Assembly (NCBI RefSeq): GCF_035594765.1
Contig: NC_085841.1
Location: forward strand, 98,317,574-98,381,573
DNA length: 64,000 bases
Source: Anolis carolinensis
Lineage: Eukaryota
Direction of reading: 5' to 3'
A model generated the notes under the pieces. It ran no database searches. It had not been told where the DNA came from and worked only from the letters and a program-made list of their open reading frames with translations. The position numbers and the translations under genes were made by a program. The stretch's first letter is position 1. Each line of letters opens with the position of its first letter. Of this stretch, positions 1 through 11,906 are shown one piece after another.

Positions 1-594
1 TCCACAGCTTGTTGGCCGCTGGAGAATATGTCTTCCTGCTTCCATTTCCATGTGAGATGCGCAGCAGCAGTTTAGAGGCATATAGTATAGAAACAAGAAG
101 GAAAGTTACAATTGGCGGCAGAGGTAATTACTTACCTGTCCCAAGGGGTTAATTGGTCTCCTGCTGCCCAGCCATGCCCTTGGAGCATTTTTCGGCAGTC
201 CTCTTCCCCAGTGTTTTGAATTTTACAAAGTGCTTCCTCACGGTGCTTCATGTTCTGTTGAGTTGACTTTACTGTTTGATGTAATTTACATTTGAAGCTC
301 ACTGCAGGTCATTAAGAGGCTTATTTTGGACTTTCGCAAGACTTTGCTTGATACACTGCACTAAGGCAGCATGTGTTATCTAGCCAGTTTGAAGCTAGCT
401 AGTGTCAAATTTCTTTACATGGCCAATGTAGATAGCCTTGAGAGAATGTAATTTGCCCATGGTCAACCAGTGAATGGCCAAGTGGGAGTTTAACCTCTGG
501 TCTCTTGGAGTCATATAGGGCTGGGTAGCTCATTACTAGTACTTTGCATTGAGTACAGAATGAATAAGTTGCCAGTGAAGCTGTTTTCACACAA

Positions 595-720
595 AAAAAG
601 TGGTATGTTCCCTGTCCTGGCCCTGTTCAGCATCCTGGATGCAGCACTTTTGACCTGCCAAAGTTTCTGAGCAGTTTTCAAGGGCATCCCCAGATAGGGT
701 ACATTACAGTAATCTAATCA
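595..720 (-). mobile_element. L2 LINE ORF2 fragment (degenerate)
   Basis: Minus strand reads RLDYCNVPYLGMPLKTAQKLWQVKSAASRML, matching the L2/CR1-clade post-RT motif SRLDYCN...GLPLK...LQ.VQNAAAR. Confidence 0.75.
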
Positions 721-2128
721 GTAGTCAGTTACTTCTAAGCAGACACGTACAGAATTCAGCTTTTAGGTATTTCACTTGAGCTAGATTGTACCTTATATTT
801 TTGAGATTAAAAATGTCACCAATCTTTTCTTACATCTTTCCCATAGTTTATGGCTGCTAAAATGTCTGAAACTCAGGATTTTAGGGTTATTTAAGGGTTC
901 ATTTTTTTCTGCCAGTGCTCTGGAAATGTTTAGCCATTACCATACATCTTTAGATTCTGAGTGGAAGTTTCAGTTAGGCTTCTCTAACGATTTTGATGTT
1001 TTGTAAAATAAATGTGGTTTTATGTGTTATAGACCTTTGGGGGAAAGTAGAAAAGCAAATTATCAGTTTAAATACATAAATTGCTAGGATCTTAGTCCTT
1101 ATTTCATTTAAACAGTTTCAGGCCTGATTTTAACCAAGCCACAGTGATTCATACTTAGCGATATTGAGATTACACTACTGTAAAATGCTTCACGTGGCAT
1201 GTAGAAACTAAATGGTTGCAGCTAGGCTGTTGATGAAAACTATTAATAGAAATCCTACTTCCTAATAAAAACGTCTTTGCACATGAACTTTTATGTAGCT
1301 TTTTAGAAAAAAAGTGAAACAAAAATGAGAACAAAATAGATCCAAAAGGACTAAGGATACTCAATGGCCATGCAATCTTGATGATTTGAGAAAGCAGTGA
1401 AATTAAAGAGGGAATAAGAACTTGCATATTCTGAGCTTCTTGCACTGTGAAAGTACAGCATTTCCATACCACTTTAACTTTTGTGATACCATCCTATGGA
1501 ATTTTCAGATTTATAGTTCTGTGAACTCTTTAGAATTCTGTACACATCATTATGGTGCAAAATCCGAGGATTGCCTAGAATTAAGCCATGGCTATAAGTG
1601 TGTTGTGTGAAAGGGCCCTGGAATAGGTAGTGATGGCTAGAACCATTGACAACAATTTAATAACAAATGCAATGCAGAGTGTGAAAATGTTTGTTAACAA
1701 TGTTAACAATGAAGTTCACATAAATTTGTAAAAAAAAACTTTATTTCAGTTACTGCTTTGAGATCTGTATATTAAATGCCCCCTACAATAATGCATTAAA
1801 ATAGAATGAAATCTTAATCAGTGTTCAGACTGTGAACAACACTGGCATGAAAATTATGAGAAAAACAACTTTTTAAATCATTGTTATAAGTTATATGAGA
1901 TCATCAATAACAAATTGAATTAATTAATTAATTAACTCTGTTTCACTTGTGTCCAATTAGAGTACAGTAATTGTTTTCACCTGTAATGTTATAAATGTTC
2001 TGGACCTTATTGTAAATGGTTTCCCACCTTTTCAGGATCTCACTTTGCCTCACCCCCACCACTAGTGTAAGGTGAAGGAGAATAAAGTTATAGAACTCTC
2101 TGCCAAAAGTTGTCTTCATTTCAATCTT

Positions 2129-2390
2129 GGATCCCCCGATGGCACAATGGGTCAAACCCTTGTGCCAGCAGAACTGCTGATCGAAAGGTCGGTCGCTCAA
2201 ATCCTGGGAGCAGGGTGAGCTCCTGCCTGTCAGCTCCAACTTCCTATGTGGGGACATGAAAGAAGCCTCCTACAGGATGATAAAACATCAAACATCCGGG
2301 CATCCACTGGCCAAGGTTCTTGCTGATGGCCAATTCTCTCACACCAGAAGTGACTTGCAGTTCCTCAAGTCGCTCCTGACATGAAAAAAA
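2129..2390 (+). mobile_element. tRNA-derived SINE with Vingi-like 3' end
   Basis: Head GGATCCCCCGATGGCACAATGGG has an A-box-like motif. Ends CGCTCCTGACATG plus A7. 9-bp TSD TTCAATCTT at 2120-2128 and 2391-2399. Confidence 0.85.
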
Positions 2391-3744
2391 TTCAATCTTT
2401 CTGTCCTTGGGGTGGTAAACCAAAGTTACTCTTTTCCAGATGGCCTTTGGAAACTTCTGTTTGCTCTTCAAGTTGCTTTTTTAGACTGCACCTTCTTGTT
2501 TACTGGTTTTGCAAATGAATTTGAATGCTGTTTTAATCTTGTATTTACAAACCCCACATGGAACACTCCCAAAGGTACTCTATAAAGGCCATGAACAAAC
2601 AAATGAACAAACAAACCATTCTTCTTCTTTATTATAAGCATATTGTTAAAAATAGCCTTCTTTAGTGGAGAGGTTTTGCTAAAAATGGTGCCATGAGTGG
2701 ATCAGTGTTTTTTTCTGTTTGAATGAACACTGGGGCTTTCATTAACATGGAATTCCAATAGAATTACATATTACCAGGCTTTTCACCCAAGCTGAAAACT
2801 TCTCCATGAGTCAAGTTGAAAGGCTGAACTACAATAATGCCCAAGTGATTAAGAATGATTCGTCCCCATTCCGAAAGCACTGGCCCAAAGAGCTTCAGTT
2901 TACAACAATTTTGTTACAACTGGATGGAAAATCCCCTTTTTTGAAGTCTTGGGAACACTGGTCTTTGTTGGCATCATAGATGCCAGCTGGCCTAAAAAAG
3001 AAAAGTGGAGAGGAATACATTTTAAAAAGCCAATCACTGAATGTTTGAAGGGCATAATGATGCCTATTTACCATTGAAGGGTGACTAACCATAGAAAACC
3101 AATCTCAACTTTTGCCCTTCATTTCAAAGAATTAGGCATTGAAAGATCTGAGAGAAATGTATGGAGAGAAGTCTTTTAAGGATATTAGGGAGGATGAGCT
3201 GACCAGGTCTAGGGCTGCTGGATGCCAGCTAGGCAACTGGGTGCAGAAATGGGCAGGTATTCTTAGTCTTGCAGAGGTTGAGCCAGAAGGACCCCACAGA
3301 CACCCCCTTCTCTGAACTGCACTTGCTTAAGATATTGTCCACTTCCCACGTGACTGACCAGAGTGTTTAACAGTACAGTGAATATGGATTATAGAAAGCA
3401 AGCAAGCCTTTCTTTTCAGACTAGGTGGATGGCATGTCTTATACTCTTCAACTTGCCCCAATTTGGTAGGGACAGTACCAATGAATCCATTGAGTCCCTT
3501 CTAGGAGAGAGGGCGGGTGATAAGTAAAGTCTTATTATTATTATTATACTTTGCTATCCCACTTTTTAAACTTCTATTAAAGTGTCCCAGTGTTAATATT
3601 CTCCTTCTACTTTCACCTTTATTCTCAGATTATTTTAACTGCTGCAAGTTGGGTTCAAAGTGGGAAAGTAGTTTATAATCCATTATTTTAGCAAAGGGGA
3701 GAGAACAGGGAAGACAGAATCTTGCCATTCCCAGCAGCTGCAGT

Positions 3745-3808
3745 CTCTCTTCTCTTCTCTTCTCTTCTCTTCTCTTCTCTTCTCTTCTCTTCTCTTCTCT
3801 TCTCTTCT
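3745..3808. repeat. (TCTCT)n microsatellite
   Basis: Direct pentanucleotide tandem array next to a SINE tail. Confidence 0.95.
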
Positions 3809-4258
3809 TTATTTATTTATTTACAGTATTTATATTCCGCCCTTCTCACCCTGAAGGGAACTCAGGGCGGATCACATTATATACATATAGGGCAAACATT
3901 CAATGCCCATATATACATAGAACCAAGACAGAGACAGACGCAGAGGCAATTTAACCTTCTCCTGAGGGGATGTTTGATTTTGGCCACAGGGGGGAGCAGC
4001 TGCTTCATCATCCACTGTGACGGCACTTCCTCATTCCAACATCGTAAATTAGTTAAATTTGCCTCCCCACTTTATAAGTGGTACCTTATTTCCTACTTGA
4101 TAGATGCAACTATCTTTTGGGTTGCTAGGTCAGCAACGAGCAGGGGCTATTTTTTATTTTTTAATTGACGGGTGCTCACCCTGGCCTCGAACTCATGACC
4201 TCATGGTCAGAGAGATTTATTGCAGCAGGCTGCTCACCAGCCTGCGCCACAGCTCGGC
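3807..4258 (-). mobile_element. tRNA-derived SINE with L2-type 3' tail
   Basis: Minus-strand head GCCGAGCTGTGGCGCAGGCTGG with B-box GAGTTCGAGGCC. L2-like 3' end (CCGCCCTGAGTTCCC...GGGCGGAATATAAAT) followed by (TAAA)n. Confidence 0.8.
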
Positions 4259-5506
4259 AGAACTTTTGATATCTTCACCTCACTCTGATGTTGGTTGACA
4301 ACATCTATGTTGGTTTCCATCTGTGAAATATTGATGGGCACGTTGGAAAGATGAATCTGGTGGATTTTTCTCACTCCCATTATAATCACAGGCGTGTTTT
4401 GATGGGATTTCTCAATGGCTCCATCCAGACTGGGAAATTCCCTCCCACATTTTGCTTCTACTGACAGATGAAAACCTTTTTTAAAAAACCCTTTTGGGCT
4501 TTTGCCTGGTTCTTTCATAAGGGTCTTATAATGGGGAAAGGAATGTCCCATACTTTTATCCACATTGTTAAATGCTTTGACTTTGTTTCAAGTTGGTGCT
4601 GTTTTAATAAGAATTTATTTAATGGTATTGAAACTGTTTTTATATCATTGTAATTGATTTTTTACCTGTGTTATGAGTTTTTTAACGTATGATGTGAGAC
4701 ACATTGTGAGCTGTAGGTCAAATAAATCAACCAATCCACTTCTCATCAGATGAATAAATGGAGCTTGAACTAATGAGAAGTTCATTGGGCCTAAACTCAC
4801 CACTAGAGGATGACTGAATATTATTGCATATATACAGTACACTCTCAGTTAACCAAAAAGCAACTGGAACTCTCGAGCAATCGGCAAAAGAAATACATAA
4901 AAGAAATTATTCTTAAATTTTTAACAGATTTTTTATAAAACAGTAAAACAGTAAAACTATGTTACATAATGTTTGCCTTTTTGGGTCATAGTTTGCTTTG
5001 AATTACTGTATTTCAACATTAATATCAAGTCAATACAGAGTATATGATATGATATAGTATGGGGTCAATTTTTATATTTCTTGTTTTTAATAGAAGCATT
5101 TGTGTATGCATGTTCCCCGTTGGCTAAATTTGTGCCCCTGCTTCAGAGATACACTGTACACTTCTCTTTGCTTATCACTCAAAAAGGAAAGCCAAAGCAT
5201 CTTCTAGTTGAGGCTTCTGTCTGTGTCATCAATACAAAGGAAGTATGCAAAGGATAGGAGGTGGACATACCTAAGTGAGGACATTGACCTCCTGAAGGAT
5301 TTTTTCCCCAATGAAATTTCAGTCCCTCTCATTGGGGCCAGATTTCATATTTGGGAGGTCTTGCTATCCTTTGGACTACACTACTCCTGTACATCCAAGG
5401 TGTACATCCTTTTGTTAATAGCCTCACAGGCCACACATTGAATAAATTCATTAACATCATTGCTGAACAATCTGAATAGCAACCAGCCTCTAAGCACACA
5501 CTTTTA

Positions 5507-5732
5507 GGGTATATTTACACTATAGATATAACACATTTATTTTGATACAACTTTAACTGCCATGCCTCAGTGATATGGAATAATGAGAGTTGTCATTTGA
5601 CAAGGTATTTAGCCTTCTCGGCCAAAGAGTCCTGATGTCTCATCACACTACAGCTTTCGCGATTCAATAACGTAGAGCCATGGCAGTTAAACTTATTTCA
5701 AGCTGCATTAATTCTACAGTGCAGATGCACCC
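5507..5732. mobile_element. Palindromic MITE (GGGTGCATCTACACTGTAG terminal family, Harbinger-like)
   Basis: Long imperfect TIRs. Same family as 13611-13813 and 22701-22922. Confidence 0.75.
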
Positions 5733-6022
5733 ATACACAGTCATACTATCAAAGGAGAAAAGGTAAAAATTATAGTGCACCACGGAATCAAAGAATTTAG
5801 CACAAATATGTTTTAATTTCTAATTAGGTACACTGCTTTGAGAGCTTCAACTATAGGGTGACTCATAAGTGGAATTAATAGATAAATAATGTGGGCACCC
5901 CGAGGAGAATGGCACAGCTGCTATATAAATAATCCCAACATTTTGGGTGAACATGCTGCTTGATGGCATGTAAGAATAGATAGAACACTCTTAAAATACA
6001 GCAACACAACACACCAATTACT

Positions 6023-6238
6023 GTGTTGTCGAAGGCTTTCATGGCCAGGATCACAGGGTTGTTGTGTGTCTTTCGGGCTGTGTGGCCATGTTCCAGAAGC
6101 ATTCTCTCCTGACGTTTCACCCACATCTATGGCAGGCATCCTCAGAGGTTGTGAGGATGCCTGCCATAGATGTGGGCGAAACGTCAGGAGAGAATGCTTC
6201 TGGAACATGGCCACACAGCCCGAAAGACACACAACAAC
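6023..6238. mobile_element. Penelope-like element pLTR fragment in inverted (hairpin) configuration
   Basis: Arms 6058-6144 and 6152-6238 are reverse complements with one mismatch. 12-bp direct repeat ACACCAATTACT at 6011-6022 and 6237-6248. Homologous to 24903-25274 and 62858-63212. Confidence 0.85.
6108..6148 (-). ncRNA. Minimal type-I hammerhead ribozyme motif (Penelope-associated)
   Basis: Minus strand CCT-CTGAGGA-T-GCCTGC-CATAGAT-GTGGGT-GAAA-CGTC-AGG: CUGANGA and GAAA cores, stem II, palindromic ACGU stem III, GUC cleavage triplet, CCU/AGG stem I. Confidence 0.7.
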
Positions 6239-6621
6239 ACCAATTACTTTTCCCACATTAGAAGTCGAAGCAGAAGTGAGCAAATGTATATTGTAATTAT
6301 CCTCTTCATCTTACTAGCCTTACTCAGTCCCTCCTTCCCTTTAAAATGATGTGACACAATATAGGGATGGGTGTGCCAAGTCCAAGGATAAGTTCACTGA
6401 TTGCAATTACAGCTATGCAGGTAGTCTACTTTAATGCAAAAAAAAATTTCTTACTGCGAGTATTCTCTCTTGACCATTTGGAGGCAAGGTTTCAGCAATA
6501 GGACACAGGAGAAGGGACAGGGCGAGTGTGGCCATCCCTGCGGCTGGCACCAACACAGTTGGAAAATAAAGTAATTCCAAAATGAGGGCAATGCTTTCTC
6601 AATAAGGTCCCTCTTCACTTA

Positions 6622-6770
6622 GGCCCAGCTGAACTGCCATATAATGCAGGTTCAGAATGCAGTTTAACTGACTTGAACTGCATTATATGGCAGTGTAGAT
6701 TCATATAAACCAATTTAATGCAGTTAAATTGCATTCTGAAAGTACTTTATATGTCTGTGTAGATTGGGCA
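6622..6770. mobile_element. Degenerate palindromic Harbinger-like MITE
   Basis: GGCCCAGCTGAACTGCCATATAA at the left and TATATGTCTGTGTAGATTGGGC at the right form imperfect TIRs. Confidence 0.55.
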
Positions 6771-7003
6771 TCAAGGATTCATTTCCCTTCCCTTTCTGGG
6801 CTTCTTCCTTATTCTCCCATGGTCACATGTGTAGAGATTGTTTTATTCAAGTATGCTTTTGTGATCTGACTGTTATACAAGGGTTTTAATTAGTGTGCCA
6901 TACTATTTTTTGGAAATCTTTTACCTTTTCATTGATATACTTGTGTGTGTGTGTGTGTGTTTGTATGTGTGCATATGTGTATGTATTAATATATATGTAT
7001 GTA

Positions 7004-7436
7004 CAAGCAGTCCCCAAGTTACAAATAATATATGGTCTGGGGGTTTGCTCATAAGTTGAATTTGTTTGTAAGTTGGAACAGGTAGATTTTTAAGTGTAAC
7101 TCCAGCCAAAAAATATGCATATTTTAGCTTTGGATATCATAGAGAAAGGTTAACAACCCTGTGGTGTTTGTTTGGCTGTTTGTACTCCTGTTCAGAAGAT
7201 TTCACTTCACTTTCAGTCCATGTAAGAATTGGGTTTTGTAAAATTTGGCATGTTGTGAAAACAGGAATTGGTGATAAAGCTTCAATTGGTGATAAAGCTT
7301 CAACCTTTTCCCCATTATAACTCTTCTAAGAGTGTATTTCCCTCCCAAGGGGTAGATTTCTCTCACTTCCTGTTGTCTCACCCCTGTTTTTAACTATGAG
7401 TCATTTGTCAGATGTTTATAACTTGGGGACTGCCTG
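7004..7436. mobile_element. Tc1/mariner (Tigger-like) MITE
   Basis: TIRs CAAGCAGTCCCCAAGTTACAAA and TTTATAACTTGGGGACTGCCTG. TA on both sides, inserted in a (TA/TG)n tract. Confidence 0.85.
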
Positions 7437-7564
7437 TATATGTGTGTGTATTTGTGTGTGTATTTGTGTGTGTATATACAGTATACATATATGTGTTTGT
7501 GCGACTTGATGATGACAACACACACACACACTAGATATGGACTTGAAGTTGACAGCTTCAAGTC

Positions 7565-7820
7565 ATTTGATTGATTGATTTATTTACTACATTTATATAC
7601 TGCTTTTCTCACCCATGGGGGACTCAAAGCGGTGTACATCAAATAATGGCAAGATTCAATGCCAACATACATACAAAACCAAAGCACAATATCCAAAACA
7701 ATGACATATAACTATTAATTAAAACCATAAAATCACATTAAACATAAAACATAAACAAACATTTCAACTGTTAAATATTGAATTAAAACATCTTAGAATA
7801 TTAAAAATCACATAACCCTT
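7565..7820 (-). mobile_element. L2-type 3' terminus
   Basis: (TTTA)n-like tail followed by TTTCTCACCCATGGGGGACTCAAAGCGG, the L2 3' stem motif. Confidence 0.6.
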
Positions 7821-7899
7821 TAAAAGTTTTGTAAGCCACTTGAAGTCTCAGCTTGGGAAAAAAGGGGGGATATAACTAAACAAATTGTAGTACATTAAA

Positions 7900-8027
7900 A
7901 AGTACTCCAACCTTTGTCAGTTCCTTCCTCTGAAATTTACCCTACAGCACCTGGTATTCCTTAGCAGTCTCCCATCTTAGAACTATTTAGCTTCCAAGAT
8001 AAAATTGTGTGTTTAGGGTATTTAGAT
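7900..8027 (-). mobile_element. 5S rRNA-derived SINE fragment
   Basis: Reverse complement contains GGAAGCTAA...GATGGGAGACTGCTAAGGAATACCAGGTGCTGTAGG (5S 3' half), followed by the same body as 42725-42960. Confidence 0.7.
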
Positions 8028-8885
8028 CTTAAATGTGTGTTTTATGTCTATATGTTTCAATCTATATACTTCAAATTGTTTTGTGTTTTTATATAGTATT
8101 TTAATTATGTTGTAACCGGCCTCAAACCTTGGGGAGCAGCAGGTAAGTTGTTGTTGTTGTTGTTGTTGTAAATTTACTACGCCATGTTTCAAAAGTAACC
8201 AATAGGGATGGGCAAATCTTTGGAATAAGTCGTTTATCGTTATAAATTCGTTATTCAAAATAGATCCAAAGGGGTTTCCGAGATGGTTTGGCGCTTCGGA
8301 ATTAACCTTCCGATTCGAAGTGTTGGTGCCCATGCCTCTAAATACCTTCAAATAACCTTAGGATATATGGGAAAGTGTTTTAATTCAACCAACCTTTGCT
8401 ATTTAGGAGAGAAATCCCCCTTAACTTTTGGAGTGGTTGCTTTCTATGAGGCTCTTAAACCGGCTTCAGAAGTGGGAGGAGCCTGGATCTTGTCTTCCCA
8501 CATTTAAACCCGGGCTTCCTCTCCCTTGCAGAAGGGAGAGAGCCTGATAATTGCAGGGTTTTAATTCTGCAGGATCTCCCTTGCAAACCACTTCGTCTTC
8601 CTGCACTTAAACCCGGGGCCGGGCCGGGGCTTGCAAGAAGAGAGAGAGAGCTTGATAATTGCAGAACTTTAATTCTACAGGATTTCCCTTGCAAAACCCC
8701 TCCTGCCTTTGCCAGAAACTTTAAGTGAGGAAAAGGGGAAAAGAAGGGGGGATCAATCCCAATGTGTTGGCAAAACCCCAAACTAGAACTCTTCACCCAA
8801 TGGGCAGGGAAAGCAATCAATCACCCTATTAAGGATTTGCCACAATTCCCCCTATTATTTTAAATTACCCTGTTATTATTATTAA

Positions 8886-8924
<39 letters not shown>

Positions 8925-8925
<1 letters not shown>

Positions 8926-11248
8926 TTATTGTATGACACAGCAAACAAGATAGATATGCTGCGTTTCGTATCACAAAATCACAAGTTGAACACTTCCCAA
9001 GTGTCTAGGACTGTGTGATGTATTTTCGGATGATGTGCGCAGATCCCAGTAGGGTGGTGTAAAGAACTGTGGCAGGGAGGAATCCCTTTTGATCCCACCG
9101 CTGCCACCAATTTGTACAGATGTATAGATGTGTGAGGTGACAGGAATTGAATCCTTTCTGATCCCACCACACACAGTTACCACCAATTATAAAAATGTCT
9201 TGATGATGATTTTAACTATATTATTCTATGTTTTAACTATCTTCTTTGCTGCCACCAATGGAGGAGATGTCAGGCAGATGGCACTTATTCTTTTTATGCT
9301 TTCTTTGTTTATTTTACTTCAGATGGTGATGTTGCTTAACTGATTGTGACAGAGACTTAGATGGAACAAAAATCAAAACAGGTTTATTGCATGTACAGAG
9401 CTTAATGGTTTCTATAGCTTTTTAAAGGCACTTAGATTAATGGTTACAAACAGATGTGAGGTGTTCCAACTTTCAAAATACTTCTTTCTCCAAAACTAAA
9501 CTAGAACCTGATCCTCTTGGATCCACTGGGATTAACTTCCCCTAATCCACAGCCTCTATAAATAACCCTAAACAAGTCACCTAACTTGCTTAGTCTGGCC
9601 TAATAGAGGTCTGCCTCCCTGGTTTCCTTCAATCCTGAAACCAGTCTGCTCCCTGTGACTGAAAATCACAGACTGAGATTTAAACTCCCCTGGTTTCCTT
9701 TTCAACGGCTGTTGGCTCCGCCCCCGTTGTCACGGCAACCTATCTTCTAATGCTGAGCTGGTTACCTTCTGGCACTATCAGCTCCAATACTTACCATTTT
9801 AAATTAACCAAACCTGACTGTTTAAACAAAATAAAATAAACATGTCATCTATAAACAAAATAAAATCATACACTTCTTTACAGGTGGCCTTTTGCAGTTG
9901 GCAAATCGTAATTTTGTCAATGTCTATTGTTTCCAAATGCCAGCTGAGATCTTTTGGCACGGCACCCAATGTGCCGATCACCACCGGGACCACCTGCACT
10001 GGTTTCTGCCAGAGTCTTTGAAGTTCAATCTTGAGGTCCTGATAGCGGCTGAGTTTTTCCTGTTGTTTTTCGTCAATGCGACTGTCACCTGGGATGGCGA
10101 CATCAATGATCCAAACCTTTTTCTTTTCCACAACTGTGATGTCTGGTGTGTTGTGTTCCAGAACTTTGTCAGTCTGGATTTGGAAGTCCCACAGTATCTT
10201 TGCGTGCTCATTTTCCAATAATTTTGCAGGTTTGTGATCCCACCAGTTCTTTGCTGCTGGGAGGTGGTACTTGAGGCATAAGTTCCACTGAATCATTTGG
10301 GCCACATAATTGTGCCTCTGTTTGTAGTCTGTCTGTGCGATTTTCTTACAGCAGCTGAGGATATGATCAATGGTTTCGTTGGTTTCCTTGCAGAGTCTGC
10401 ATTTTGGGTCATCAGCTGATTTTTCGATCTTGGCCTTAATTGCATTTGTTCTGATGGCTTGCTCCTGGGCTGCAAGGATCAGGCCTTCTGTCTCTTTCAG
10501 TGTCCCATTTGTGAGCCAGAGCCAGGTCTTCTCCTTATCAGCTTTTCCTTCAATTTTGTCAAGGAACTGTCCATGCAATGTTTTGTTGTGCTAACTGTCA
10601 GCTCTAGTTTGTAGTGCAGTTTTCTTGTACTGATTTTTTGTCTGCTGTGCTTTGAGGAGTTTCTGATTTTTGACTTCAATCAAAGCAGGTTCTTCACTTT
10701 GCTTTACATATTCTGCCAGGGCATGTTCTTCTTCTTTGACTGCTTGTTTTACTTGTAAGAGTCCTCTGCCCCCTGATCTTCTAGGCAGATATAGCCGGTC
10801 AACATCACTGTGGGGGTGCAGTGAATGATGAATGGTCATGAGTTTTTTTGTTTTTCTGTCCAAATTGTCCAGTTCCATCTGTGTCCAATTTATGATGCCA
10901 GCAGTATATCTTATGACAGGTATAGCCCAGGTGTTTATGGCCTTGATGGTGTTGCCTCCATTGAGCTTGCTTTTGAGAATTTTTCTGACCCTTTGTGTGT
11001 CTTCTTTACTGACCACAGTCTTCACATGTTCATGCTTGATGTTGTCCAGCTGTAATATGCCCAGATATTTATAGGCCTCTGGCTGGTGACACTTTATTGT
11101 TTGGCCATTAGGCATATGCCCTTACTTTCAATGATTTCTCCCTTCTTCAATGCCACTGTCGAACATTTGTCCAAGCCAAACTCCATGCTGATATCAGTGC
11201 TAAAAATTTGGACAGTGTTAGTCAGAGACTGGATTTCAATTTCCGTTT
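8925..11248 (-). mobile_element. 5'-truncated R4/Dong-clade non-LTR retrotransposon (RT thumb, CCHC finger and RLE endonuclease), disrupted
   Basis: ORFs 10591-11115 and 9799-10578 contain YKYLG, GGRGL, CRLC-ETIDHILSCC, RHN and PD..IDVAIP..EK..RY motifs. In-frame stop at 10591-10593. Flanked by (TAA)n on both sides. True C-terminus ATLLGSAHIIRKYITQS* lies at 9005-9057. Confidence 0.9.
9058..9882. mobile_element. Solo LTR (825 bp) inserted into the R4/Dong ORF
   Basis: Perfect 9-bp terminal inverted repeat TGTAAAGAA...TTCTTTACA. 5-bp TSD GGTGG at 9053-9057 and 9883-9887. Confidence 0.9.
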
Positions 11249-11255
11249 ATTATTG

Positions 11256-11290
<35 letters not shown>

Positions 11291-11570
11291 GGCACCCCAT
11301 TTTTCTCTCTAGGTTTGACACTGTCCTATATCCCAGGATCTGATTCCAGATTATCTGATTTAAACTGGATTATATGAGTCCACACTGCAGATAATCTGGG
11401 ATAAGGAGAAAAGTGATGGATCTGGACTAAGCTTGGCACACACCAGCTGTGAATCCTAGGGGAGTTTTGGGAAGGTTGACTCAAGACTTTTGGGAATTGT
11501 AGTTCACCCATAGATTTTCTCATGGGAGCATTCATAAAAAACAAAAGAGACAGCATGGTGTAGTGTAGTG

Positions 11571-11906
11571 CAGGGGTTCACATTCCCTCAGACTGTTGGG
11601 GGGACAGACTGTGGTGAAATAGTCCAAAATTAGGATTGTTGTTGTTGTGTACCTTCAAGTCATTTCAGACTTAGGTCAACCCTACATCTAAAGTTTAGGA
11701 CAGGGGCCAAGTCAATGGCATCTGGACCACGGGCCAGGCTGTAGTTTGGGGACTCCTGGTCTAAAGTTTAGGACAGGGGCCAGGTCAATGGCATTGGAGG
11801 GCCACATCTAGCCCGTGGGCTGGGCCGTAGTTTGGGGACTCCTGGTCTAAGATTTAGGACAGGGGCCAGGTAAATTGGTCAACGGCCCTTAGTTTGGGGA
11901 CTCCTG
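11571..11906. mobile_element. hAT (Charlie/OC1-like) MITE with triplicated right end
   Basis: CAGGGGT...AGTTTGGGGACTCCTG with perfect 8-bp TSD GTGTAGTG at 11563-11570 and 11907-11914. It interrupts a tRNA-SINE head at about 11551-12010. Confidence 0.8.

Noticed and set aside
3722-4168. 148-aa ORF resembling a signal or membrane peptide (SLLFS repeats)
   Set aside because: It is the translation of a (TCTCT)n microsatellite plus an antisense SINE.
9799-10578. Domesticated stand-alone RLE nuclease gene
   Set aside because: It is part of a truncated Dong/R4 copy with an upstream nonsense codon, a non-ATG start and an LTR-derived C-terminus.
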